This document shows positions 52,716-64,000 of a stretch of 64,000 bases of DNA, piece after piece. Source of the stretch: Octopus vulgaris (Eukaryota); NCBI GenBank assembly GCA_951406725.2, contig OX597821.1:3162001-3226000 (forward strand), read 5' to 3'. The first letter of the stretch is position 1; each line of letters starts with the position of its first letter. Made by a program: the position numbers and the translations under genes. Below the pieces are notes generated by a model, which was not told the origin of the DNA, did no database searches, and saw nothing but the letters and a program-made list of their open reading frames with translations.

Positions 52716-54297
52716 AATATACATGTATGTATGCGCGTGCTTGTGTGTACTATGCATGGGTGTGTATAAATATACATATATATATATATATATATACGCA
52801 GTTTCCATTTACAATTTGTTCAAATACAGAAACTAAATTAATTTGATTTAAATTTTCATATTGAAATTGGTTAATTGGGTATTTCAAAAGGAAAGACTTT
52901 TCCAAAAGGGACTTACATTTCAATGTGTTGGGTAATCTACGACAACGACTGTAGTACTTATTGGTAAATAAAAATAAATTATTTACGTTTCTTTTAATAA
53001 AAATATCCTACCGGTTTCAACTCTTGTTAAAATTCTATTTAGCCACGTTGTATGACAAGGAAAACTATATTCATCTTTTAAGATATCAGTTCTCAGAAGT
53101 CCACCTCGATTTGATGGATGCTGGTTTGTCGTAATAGCAACAATATTAGTTCGGGCAGTGACGGTTCTTATTCTTATTAACGATTGTCTGACATTAGTAA
53201 CTGCAGGAGCAATTCTAGTATACGTAGTTCTTTGTAGTGCGTGTGAGGTGCCACTAACTATTTGAAGCAGCAATTACAGCTTTAGCACTAGTTGTAGTTG
53301 ATGTGTGTCAGTGGTCCTTGAAGCAGCGCTGAAAGTAGTATCAGGTTTAGTAGCCGCTTCATCAGCATTAGATTCAATAATTGTCGCACTTTTTATCTTA
53401 CAGTTATTTAAAAGCGGCGAGTATTTTTTAAGAAATCTTTTTCCTTGTTCACACGTCTTTGCTCTGTAGTAAAATCCTTAGTTACGTTACGAAGAAGCGC
53501 AGTGAAACTTCTAAACAATACTTTCAGTCGTTTTGAAGTCTTAGAATTTAAAGGAAGGAAACTTTGTGGCATTATAATATCTAAGAATCGAATAAAATCT
53601 GACTAAATCCGCGATCCAATATAAATTTCATGCTTAGCAGCATTTCATCTGCTTTTAAGATCTGAATTTATTTGCTGCAGTGGTTGGCTTTTCATTCATT
53701 CATTCGGAATAGATAAAATAAGTATCAATGAGCATTGGGATGTTTGTAATCGGCCCAAATGCCCTTCACAATTGCTAACCTTCTGCCAAAATAACAGAAG
53801 AATTATATGAAACTTTCCCTTCACTAGCGTCTTGCTTAAACACATCACTTCTCGTTGTCCCAATCCAATCTGCTGTAAATGAATTGCAGCAATAGGTGGG
53901 ATTTTAAACATGTGATGAACAGGCGCCAGATAAACTGTGTGTTTGTTATAATCCCAGTCATTTATATACCACGGTACCCGATTTAATCTTTCCTCTTTAG
54001 CATATTAAATGTTTTAACTTATTATTAGGTTGAAAAAGTAAAATGATTCCTTATTTCTTTGAGGGGAAACATACAAACCGTGTATTCTATTACAATATCT
54101 GTATATCCCTTGCTCCAACATATATTGGATATCCAGAAAATAGACGCTTCTACTATATTTGCTTCCCTGATGGAACCATACATATAAAAGCAAATAAATG
54201 AATAATTGACTTCGTTGTTATCGCGGAGTTCTGTGTCATTCATACGTTAATTATCAAATTTAAATATATTTGAATTCAATATAGAACTGTATCATAC

Positions 54298-54468
54298 TTA
54301 CGTTTATATATTTGTTTTGCAAGATTTTTTATGTGAAATCGTGTGTTAATATAAGATTAAAATTAATTAAAAATTAAATAACGCTGAAGCAAACTAACAC
54401 CAAATATAATAGTGCGTGTGTTTTTATTGGCTAAACTGGCAAAATGACCATTCCTAAATCAACAATAT
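54298..54468. mobile_element. Internally deleted copy of the 50168-50463 palindromic element
   Basis: tacgttt..atatttgtt.tgcaagattttttatgtgaa.tcgtgtgtt joined to ctgaagcaaa.taacaccaaatat..gtgtgtttttattggctaaact..atgaccattcc. Confidence 0.8.
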
Positions 54469-54900
54469 GTATCATACTTGATATCTTTAAAGTATATGTT
54501 TCTGAATGTTAGTAAGAAATTAGTTGGTATTTATGAAACACATGTTACGTTAATTTGTTCATATTCAAAAGTGAACAATGACGACTATAAAAGAGCTGAT
54601 GGAATTAAGAGCATCACGCCTTCGCATCTGAGCACCATTCGATTATTATTTATACACCACCATGTTTAACGTTTCTCTAAAATTAATCCAAAGTGAGATA
54701 TTGCATATTTCGCGTTATCATTAGTCATATTTTGATAAAAATATCAGTATTCAATTTAAAATTTTAAACCTTAAATATTACTCAGAGTCGTAAAATTCAC
54801 ACTATAACAGCAATATAAATTGTAACACGTATTCCATCAATCTTAACAATTTGCAATTATTGCGACACACAATAACACACACATAAACACACACATATAA

Positions 54901-54961
<61 letters not shown>

Positions 54962-54964
<3 letters not shown>

Positions 54965-55115
54965 TGGTAAGAAACCTGGTGGTTCCGAACCTCATAGTTC
55001 CAATTTTCAGTCCCAGTGGCATATTGAGCAAGTGTCTTCTGCTACACCTTCGGACCCGCCATAGACATGTGAGTAGATTTCTTAGATGGAAACACTGGAA
55101 AAAACCCGTTGTGTA
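54962..55115 (+). mobile_element. SINE family A 5' half, degenerate
   Basis: cagtcccagtggcatattgagcaagtgtcttctgcta...gtgagtagattt..agatggaaac. Confidence 0.7.
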
Positions 55116-55142
55116 TATATGTATATATATATATATATATAC

Positions 55143-55570
55143 AAAATAGGACAAGAACGCAAAACATCCAGAGAGTTAGGTGATACAGGAAAGAGACACC
55201 AAAATATCCAGTTAGACGATACAAAGGAAACAAGGATGGGCCACTTGGTGTTATCTATCCTCAGTCGAGTTCCAAATTATCTTTGCAATTTTGGGGGATT
55301 TTACTCGAGATTGCTCCAATCTGGCCAGCTCCAAGGAAAAAGCTAAACTAAGCGCATTAGATTCCTTGGAAGAAAGCAGCGAATGTATACGAAAACAAGG
55401 ACGGAAAAAATGGAGAAAGTTAAAAATACAAATAACAGGACATAACGACAGGTGTCGTTAAGGACGAATCAAATTAAGCTGGCATGTGTGGCAGGGGTTC
55501 AAGATTTCACATGCACAGGGAATGATATAGATGTTGCACACCAACGACCAAACTAAGAAAGAAAGGTCAT
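55143..55570 (-). mobile_element. Unclassified interspersed repeat (possibly pLTR-type); inverted partner at 56690-56992
   Basis: ggacaagaacgcaaaacat, gacgatacaaa, ccaaggaaaaa, cgaatgtatacgaaa all reappear reverse-complemented at 56.7-57.0 kb. Confidence 0.7.
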
Positions 55571-56209
55571 GCTTAGCCTATGTAGATACATAAGTATGAC
55601 TTATGTGTGTGCGTGTGCTTGTGAGCGTGTGTGCTTGTGTACCAATGTATTTTTTAGTATAAATAAACTTAAATCTGAAAAATTTTTTCCTACCAAAACC
55701 AATTATATAAATTATTTCTTTAAACATGGCCAAGCACAATTGCACAGATTTGCAAGTTAAGTTATATACAAGATAGTGCATTGGCGCTATCGTTCTTTAA
55801 TTTAGATAAAGGGAGGGCGGGAAAGTAAAATGAAATTAGGTTTATATATTGGCTCGATTCTCATCGTCCAAATTTGCGGAAAATTTCCAAACTGATGCGA
55901 TGTGTCACACGCGAAGACAACGTATTTTTAGACCGCAATACACAATTAGAGCTAAGTTAAGAAGAATATTCGATTATTTTCGTATGGGATTTCAAAGTTG
56001 TGTACATCGATGGAATATATAAAATGATTATTTGCCGGAAATATAACTGCATTTCGCAGACATTAGAATCTATAAATAGTAAATATTGAAGACTGAATAT
56101 CAAGATTGTTTTTGATAGTTAACTATATTATTATCGCTATTATTAGTGTTACCATGGATTTCGGGGTCGTCGTTGTTTTTGTTGTTATAATAATTATTAT
56201 TATTATCAC

Positions 56210-56285
56210 TGCTACCGCCACCATCACCACCGCCACCACCACCACCAGCACCACCACCAGCACCACCGCCATCACCATCACCACC

Positions 56286-56353
<68 letters not shown>
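56210..56353. repeat. (ACC)n/(ACT)n compound microsatellite
   Basis: Direct reading; gives the poly-S/G/T ORFs. Confidence 0.97.
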
Positions 56354-56355
<2 letters not shown>

Positions 56356-56384
56356 TTATTTCGATACATTTCGATACTCTACGC

Positions 56385-56595
56385 TTTTATTTGTTTCAGT
56401 CATTTTACTGTGGCCATCCTGGAGCACCGGCTTTAGTCAAGCAAATCGACCCCAGGACTCATTCATTGTAAGTCTAGTACGTATTCTATCGGTCTCTTTT
56501 GCCGAACCGCGAAGTTACGGTGACGTAAGCACACCAACATCGGTTGTCAAGTGATGTAGTGGGGACAAACACAGACACACAAACACACACAGAGA
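56385..56595 (-). mobile_element. SINE family A 3' half
   Basis: ttgtttcagtcattt..gtggccatcctggagcaccg..aaatcgaccccaggact...tcggttgtcaag. Confidence 0.88.
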
Positions 56596-56689
56596 CATGG
56601 CCTCCGACCACTGCCGTGAGAACATCGTTGTCTTCGTCTGCCGATAAAGGCATTTTTCCAAATACGCCAGCTAAACTTGTACTATTTAT

Positions 56690-56992
56690 TAGTTGTAAGA
56701 CACCCGCTGTTTTTGTCCTGTGTTTACTATTATTGTTTTTTTGTATTTTATATTCGTGTGGAATCGTCCGTTTTTCTGTCCCTGTTTCGTATACATTCGA
56801 TCCTTTATTCCAATAAATCTAATTCTCGTAGCTTAGTTTTTCCTTGGGGCTGGCTGGATCGGAGCGATCTCAAGATTAATCAGCTGAAATTGCTAGGATG
56901 ATCCGGTTCTTGACTGAAGATTGAAGGCTTCGAATATCCCGTCCGTGTTTTTTGTATCGTCTTCTAAATGTTTTACGTTCTTGTCCCAGTTT
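56690..56992 (+). mobile_element. Inverted copy of the 55143-55570 repeat
   Basis: tttcgtatacattcg, tttttccttgg, tttgtatcgtc, atgttttacgttcttgtcc. Confidence 0.7.
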
Positions 56993-56994
56993 CT

Positions 56995-57312
56995 GCAGGA
57001 GTGGCTGTGTGGTAAGTAGCTTGTTTACCAACCACATCAGTCCCACTGCGTGGCACCTTGGGCAAGTGTCTTCTACTCTAGCCTCGGGCCGACCAAAGCC
57101 TTCTGAGTGGATTTGGTAGACGAAAACTGAAAGAAGTCCGTCGTATATATGTATAGATATGTATGTGTGTTTGTTTGTGTGTCTGTGTTTGTCCCCCTAG
57201 CATTGCTTGGCAACCGATGCTGGTGTGTTTTTGTACTGGGCTTACAAAGAATAAGTCCCGGAGTGACACGTAGAAGTATTGAACCCGGAACCATGTGGTA
57301 AGTAAGCAAGCT
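56995..57312 (+). mobile_element. SINE family A copy followed by an inverted copy of its own head
   Basis: gcaggagtggctgtgtggtaag...aataagtcccgg, then gaacccggaaccatgtggtaagtaagcaagcta (reverse complement of the head). Confidence 0.88.
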
Positions 57313-57712
57313 ATTTACGGTGACCAGTGTAGATTTTGAAAATATAATAAAAGATTGGAATGGGCTAGAATACGAAAATAAATGCAGAAAATCTATACAT
57401 TAACAAGTAAGATGAATAAACCGATAAAAGAAAGAGTGAACTAAAATTTAATTGCAAGTACGTGATACCAGGTAGAATGGAGTTTTATGGTATAATGTAA
57501 TTACGAACAAAGGTGCGTCCATTAGTTAAGCAAGTTCAATTTCCATCATGAAGCCATGGCTGCGATTTTGGTACTGAGTATGATGCTGTGCTCTTTGACA
57601 TAACATCTCGATTCTTAGGGATGTACAGGTATCTGCAGTAGAACTATATCGGTGACCGAGTTGCGCTACTCAGAAGGCTACGGTTCATGATTTGAACTGT
57701 TTGAACGCGTCG

Positions 57713-57718
57713 AATAAC

Positions 57719-57817
<99 letters not shown>

Positions 57818-57818
57818 A
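57713..57818. repeat. (AAT)n microsatellite
   Basis: Direct reading. Confidence 0.98.
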
Positions 57819-57839
57819 TATGTGTATATATGTTTCTGT

Positions 57840-57873
<34 letters not shown>

Positions 57874-58087
57874 ATATATGTGTGTGAATGTGTTTGTGTG
57901 TGAGTATGTCTGTGGGGGAGGAGTGACTTTGTGACTGAAATGTTGATGCAGAAAATATTCTCTAAATATCACCATTACTAACACTGGTTTTGGAGTTTTC
58001 ATGTTTATGTTAAACTCAATTATTATCAAAATAAACGTGAACTTTATTCCGATAATCAGTGTTTCACTGTATGTAAGAATATATGTA

Positions 58088-59257
58088 TCTATAAAAGGCA
58101 TGATGTGTGTCTGTGCGTGTGTGTATGTGTACGTGATTGTAATTTATGCACGTCCACAAATAAGCACGCATGTCGCTCCAATTTTAGGAGGATATTCGTC
58201 AACATCCTATCTGGGTTTTATCAACTTATTTTTTTCCCGAGGCACCCGCAGATAGCAGTAAAAATCAATTTTCAGCCTTAGTTTTTAGCGGTAAAAATCT
58301 ATTTTCAGCCACAGCTTTTACCTATTTTGAAGGTTGAAAACATGAGTTAAGTCCCTTCTAGCCATAGCTAAGCGAAAGTGTGTATGTGTGGGAGAGAGGG
58401 AGAAGTTGTGCGTTGATGTATGTGTGTGTGTGTGTGTGTGTGTGCGTGTGAGAGAGAGAGTGTGTGTTTCGCAGCGTATAACAAAAATAGTAAAGAAACA
58501 ATATGTGTAAGATAGTTTGAAAGCGTCTAACAACAAAAAAAGGTAAAGAAAAGTGGAAGAGAGGCAGAGAGTTTCACAGAGTCTAAACAAAAAAGGGGAA
58601 AGACAAAGTGAGTGAGAGAGAGTGAGAGAGAGGGGGAGTGAGAGAGTAATTGACGACGTTCATAGAAAATAAAATGTAAAATGTTTTGTTTTTTCTTGAA
58701 CACGAGATATAGTGTTCAAATTTAGGATGTTTTTGAAAGACACTATATTTCATAATCATAGTATATATACTTTCTCACACAACAATTGCAATATATTTAT
58801 TTTAAATCATTTACTTATTTTAAATCCGTCATCCCCCCTCTCACACACATTTCTTTGTGTGCGAAAGAGTTTTGTTTGTATTTTACGCCGAGTAAAAAAA
58901 AAATGTTTTGTTGAGAATCCATTTATTTAACAACAATATAAACGGGTACAATTTCCGAGGCTTCCACCACACTCCACTCCGTTTCATGGACCACAAAATG
59001 GGATTTGTAGCATATTAGGAGGCCAGAGTAGTTGCTTCCAATCAAAGAAAAAAAAACGTGCGAGTATTAATCTAGAAATTTAACATTTTTTCCATTCATT
59101 TCTGTTTATGAAAATGCGTGCACAAAATATGCAATAGGTGTACGTACGTGCGTGTGTGTATGTGTGTTCGTGTGTGTTGCCCATATATATTTATATTATA
59201 TTATATTATATGAATATATATAATATATATATATTACATATATAATGTATATATATA

Positions 59258-59301
<44 letters not shown>

Positions 59302-59361
59302 ACCAATTTCAATGGATCTCGCCCAAATTTGACGTCGAGCAAGGCCGGGTTATACTGCTAG
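58088..59361 (+). mobile_element. Putative non-autonomous Helitron
   Basis: 5' A|TCtataaaaggcatgatgtgtgtctgtg; 3' cgagcaaggccgggttatactgCTAG|T (GC-rich imperfect hairpin just before CTAG, A/T junction, no TSD). Confidence 0.5.
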
Positions 59362-60394
59362 TATTTTATAATGCTTCATTGTTTTTGGGAGTTGAAGTGT
59401 TCTTTTAGATGTACTCGTTTTGGCTGGACGCTTAATTACTTTTTCTGTATCTTTGTGTTAAAGACGTACAGAAGTTTGGATCTTTACATAGACAAAAGAG
59501 AGAAAAGAGAGAGTGAGAGGGAGAGAGTGTGTTTGTGAATGAGAGAGAGAGAGACAGACAGACAGAGGGGGTGGATAGAGAGAGAAAGTAAAGAAGAGAG
59601 AAATAGACCAGGGAGAGAGAGAAAGAAAGAAACACAGTGTGTGATGCATGAAGCATAGCAGTACTTCTGTCAGGTTCAAGGACCGCTTAATCGGCATTTT
59701 CCTGTGTTGTTTAACATTGCCTATCCTATAAATATGTATAATTCTGACCTCAATACAGATTTCTGATACATATAGTAATGTTTTTGTTCAATACTTTGGG
59801 ATAAGGATGTAGGAACATAATATAAATAGGTCATCTTATCTTGGAATATGCACCGTCAAATCTTGTTTTCTATCAGTTTCGGTGCGAACAGGAGGCAGAT
59901 CCAAAACTTTTCTCGGCGGAAATTTAGTTACGATCAATAATAATTTATTTAGATATCGCTTTGTATTCATGTTGATGAATGCTTGAGGTGGAAATTGAGT
60001 TAGGAAAGAAAATTTCCCATGAGATCAAACTAATTTGTGGGGAGGACTATACAAGTGGTTAGCTTTGTCCTTGGTGTGGAGGCGGATGAAGGACGAAATG
60101 GCATTTAACCCGATGGCCAGTGAATTATCAATATCCAACGAAAAAATAGTAGCCACTTTTTGGCTATTTATAGTTGAGAAGAAATAAGTCTGATATGGAA
60201 TATTAAAATTTCTCAGACATACTCACAAAAAGCAGATATCTATGTATTTCGATATGCATGTGTGTATTTATGTGCAGACGCACGCGCCTGTATTTGTAGT
60301 AATGCAATAATTCTGCTTTGGGAACATTGTATCTGAAAGAAAAGTATGCTATGAATAAGAGTGCGTAAATATTGTGTACAAAACATTCTCAATA

Positions 60395-60610
60395 TATGTA
60401 TGCGTGTGTATATGCTTGTGTGTCTGTGTTTACCCCCCCCCCCTCAAACATCACTTGACAGCCGATGCTGGTGTGTTTACATCCCCGTAACTTAGCTATA
60501 AAAAAAGTACTAGGCTTACAAAGAATAAGTCCTGGAGTCGAATTGCTCGACTAAAGGCAGTGATCCAGCATGACCACAGTCAAATGGCTGAAACAAGTAA
60601 AAGAGTAAAG
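60395..60610 (+). mobile_element. SINE family A 3' half
   Basis: acttgacagccgatgctggtgtgtttac...cagtcaaatggctgaaacaagtaaaagagta. Confidence 0.9.
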
Positions 60611-61163
60611 TTGAAGAATATATATTTTATTTTTCTTACAACTCGTGAGACTTCCATGGTTATTCAGTCAATTAATTTATAATAATGTTGTTATGCCCGT
60701 GTATAGGTTTTACATCGATGCAAAAACAAAGTGGGGATAGGAACAGCAGTTCAAAAAATGTCATGTTCTCTAACGCAATCGATTTTTTTTTTGTTGCTGA
60801 TATAGATTCCTTTATGTAAGGTTGTCATCGAAGCATTCTTACAGACCATAAAATGAAATATATCAAATGTATAATAAACATGTATAATAAACATACCGAT
60901 AACTAATATATATCTAAAAATTTATGCATCTATTTAGATTATATAGAGAAAATATATATTTTTGAAATTGAACAGAATTATGTTGTGTCAAAGAGATTAC
61001 GTTTCATATAGCAGCAGCATTTATGAATGAAATCCTTTGATATTTAATTGCAAATCCAAAAAGAGAACAGCGGCCTCTGCAAATTGATGATGCTTTGACT
61101 TGGGAAATGTTAATAAAACTAATTTCAATGAAGCTCGCATCAACGAAAGCAACATAAGGTGAT

Positions 61164-61466
61164 GTGGAGGCACATAGCCTAGTGGTTAGAGCAGCGGACT
61201 CACGGTCGAGGGATCGCGGGTTTGAATCTCAGACCGGGTGATGTGTGTGTTTATGAGCGAAACACCTAGGCTCCATGCAGCTCCGGCAGAAGATAATGGC
61301 GAACTTCTGCTGACTCTTTCACCACAAGTTTCTCTCACTCTTTCCTCCTGCATCTTGCAGCTCACCTGCGACGGACCGGCGACCCGTCCAGGTGGAGAAC
61401 CTATACGACAAGGAAACCGGGAAACCGGCCTTTATGAGCCGGGCATGGCTCGAGAAGGAACAAACA
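61164..61466 (+). mobile_element. tRNA-derived SINE family D
   Basis: A box tagcctagtggttagag, B box ggtttgaatct; 3' part cctgcgacggaccggcgacccgtccagg..ggaaaccgggaaaccgg is shared with family C. Confidence 0.85.
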
Positions 61467-61569
61467 TAATGCGTTCCATAGGATTGCATTGCTACATGAC
61501 GTCTGTCCAAAGTGTAGCTGTTTTCAGTCCCTATTACTTATGTTAAATTGCTTCTATATAAAGGGACAT

Positions 61570-62050
61570 TTTCTTCAGGAACAGATTAAGTGGTCGTCTA
61601 TTGGGCAGCTTTCGATTCACAAGCTCGCTTCCCCAGGAATGTTTGTACTAATCGTTCCTGTATATTCTATCTTCTGATAAAGTTCTCCTCAAATAAGTTC
61701 TGCGCTAAACGTATTGGAAGAATATCACAGAAATATGTTGAAGACATTAACATTCCTAAACTATTAAACACCGACTGCAACACATTGTTCCAAGGTGCCA
61801 CGTTTCTCTTCATGCATTTCTTCCTTCGGTTAATGGTTAACAATGAGTTACGCTGGTCAAAATATCTATCTACTACTTATAATAGTACTTGGAGGGCAGT
61901 GTTGTTGGTAATGGCGATCAGTAACAGAAGCTGGTGTTTCTCAAGAACGTTAATATGGAATTTGTTTATTCCATAGAACGGCGTTAATTGATTGTTGGTT
62001 AACCATGATAGAGCAGATTGAGTATGAAATTTATTTAATCATCTACACTC
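61570..62050 (-). pseudogene. Possible highly decayed piggyBac-like transposase relic
   Basis: Minus-strand peptides QLTPFYGINKF (compare DEQMVPFKG) and ELYQKIEYTGTISTN (compare ..GTIRxNR) occur in the expected order; many stops. Confidence 0.3.
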
Positions 62051-62559
62051 CTGCGCAAATGGGCAAATGTGACAGGTACAAACATATACTCTGTATTACT
62101 TTATATTCGCAGGTTTCCAAATCAACGTACTGAAAAAATGATGGACGTCGTTGAATGTAACGGAGAACCTTCTTCCGAGTGGATTTCAGTTAAATTTACA
62201 TTTAAATACATCTTCAACTGATACTAATGTAATTCGCATCACATTTCTGGAATAAAATACCTAGTGACAGCTATGTCATCAGTTGGGTTGGCGTGTTTCG
62301 GATATGATTGCAGGAGAGAAAGGGGGAAACTTTTTTACTCCATCCTAACCTTCACTGAATCATCAACCACAAAACACATTCATTATGAAAACGGTGTTCT
62401 GCCATCCAGTAATTTTGTTGAGTAGAATGTAAGAAAGGTGAGAAGAGTCTGAAGATGCCAGGGTACGCTAACAATACAGTCGTACCTCATGGTAAGATTC
62501 AAGTTTTAATGTCATGTCATTGCCATGGATACGTATTTTTGTTCCTTGTTCTTATTGAG

Positions 62560-63815
62560 TCAAAATGACGCAAAGAATCTTAGACAGCATCTTCACGAAC
62601 CAAACTGCTCGCCGCCTTATGTTCTGGCAGTAAAACTGATTTCAAATTTTAGCACAAGTTCAGGGGTGGCAATGAGTCCATTATATCGACCCCAATGTTC
62701 AGCTGGTACTTATTTTATCGAACTTTATTTAACATAGCTTCTGTTATCATTTTCCATTTCTTTCTTTTTGCCGAAATAAAGACTGTATGTGCTCTTTGCT
62801 TTCATGTTTCTCACCTGTTCTGTTGTAACCGTACCAAGACGCAGGCAAATAAAGTAATTATAAATATAATAATTTCCAATATAATTAGCCAAACCACTGC
62901 CAATATGATCATCTTAATGAAGGCCATGATGGCTACGATAATGATGCTGAGTCAGTATTGAAGATGATGAAGTGGAGGCGTTTGAGGTTTTGAAGTTGAT
63001 GTTGATCGCAATTATACACATCATCATTAACATAATTTGATTAGGATGAATAAAAGTAGAAGCGTCAGCTGCAGAAGCTCACAGCTGTTCTGGCAATAAT
63101 ATTGACCCCCAGCGCTCAACTGATAATTATGTTATCGAACCCGAAATGATGAAGATATAAGTCAACCTCGGTAGAATTCCAGTTCAGAACGTGATGACGG
63201 AAAAAGATGACGCAAAGAAGTTTGTACGGCATGCTGACGATCGAACCTGCTCGCTGTCTTATGTTCTGGTAGTAAAATTGATTTCAAAGTTTGTTTCAAA
63301 GGTAGGTTGGAGATGAGTCCATTATATCGACACAAATGTTCAACTGGTGCTTATTTTATCGAGACCGAAATGATGAATTGTAAAGTCAATTCCGGTGGCA
63401 TTTGAACCTAGAATGTAAAGTCGGAAGAAATACTACTAAAGTTTTTTTCCCGGTGCGGTAACGATACTGCCAGATCACCGCTTTATGTCCTGATAGTAAT
63501 ATTTGTTTTAGATTTTGGCACTAGGCCAGCAAATTTTGGTGGAGTGCTAAAGTCGATTAAACCAGCCCCGGTGCTCCACTGGAATTTATTTTATCGACCT
63601 CAAAATTTAAAAAAATGGAGGCAAGGCATAGTTAAATTCCCAAAACTAAATGGATTAAAGGCAAGGTAGAATTTCAACGTAAACCGTCAAGACAGAGGAA
63701 ATACCGCTAAGCATTTTGTCAGGGGCGCCAACAATTCTTCCAGCACGCTACCCTTACGTTCTGAGTTCAAATTTCGCCGAGGTCGAATTTGCTTTTTATC
63801 CTTTCGGGACCGAGA
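62560..63815 (-). mobile_element. Degenerate array of SINE family B units (mostly minus strand), ending in an inverted junction near 63753
   Basis: Repeated ctgctcgc.g.cttatgttctgg.agtaaaa.tgatttcaaa...attatatcgac..aatgttca.ctggt.cttattttatcga; plus-strand ttacgttctgagttcaaatttcgccgaggtcga at 63754. Confidence 0.8.
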
Positions 63816-63871
63816 AATACGTTCGAAATGCTTGACCATGTGTCAAAATTGGAAACATCTATATCAATAGA

Positions 63872-64000
63872 CAGACCAGGCTATCAGATGTTGCTACACA
63901 TCGCTGGTCACAAAGCGCTTCACATTGTTTTAGCCTTCAAATGACGCCACCCCGCTGGCTAAGCGAGCTGGCCAACAGAAGAAAGAGTGAGAGAAAGTCG
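63872..64000 (-). mobile_element. 3' part of a further SINE (family E) running off the window end
   Basis: Minus strand tttctctcactctttc (shared with family D), then gcttagccagcggggtggcgtcatttgaaggctaaaacaatgtgaagcgctttgtgacc. Confidence 0.65.

Noticed and set aside
52089-52808. 239-aa minus-strand ORF with an internal repeat
   Set aside because: Read-through of a SINE B dimer plus microsatellites.
57556-57603. Signal-peptide-like MAAILVLSMMLCSLT
   Set aside because: Stops after 15 codons with no convincing splice context.
61164-61240. Functional tRNA gene
   Set aside because: Has A/B boxes but no proper acceptor stem and continues into a SINE body; the same applies to the family A and C heads.

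Overview
Eukaryotic, AT-rich, repeat-saturated DNA with no recognisable intact host gene, rRNA, functional tRNA or CRISPR array. It is most likely intronic or intergenic. The SINE families and extreme microsatellite density suggest an octopus/coleoid cephalopod; this is an inference from recalled repeat families, not a database result. Almost all ORFs in the track are microsatellite or SINE read-throughs. The window holds about 20 copies of one tRNA-derived SINE (family A) and tandem arrays of a second (family B). It also has two Penelope-like retroelement relics (N-terminus/RT start at 5.9-7.3 kb; RT thumb plus GIY-YIG at 43.1-44.4 kb), a fold-back mariner with both TIRs (3145-3978), DD37D/maT transposase fragments, an RTE-like 3' end, a probable non-autonomous Helitron (58088-59361) and a weak piggyBac-like relic. 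The most unusual signal is a recurring class of short fold-back or inverted-repeat elements in or next to (TA)n tracts. Several carry non-canonical hammerhead-ribozyme-like cores (..GAnGA / stem / GAAA / palindrome), suggesting Penelope pseudo-LTR-derived hairpin elements and abundant potential dsRNA (ADAR) substrates. Family labels A-E are my own, and coordinates were read by eye (about ±10-20 bp for degenerate elements).
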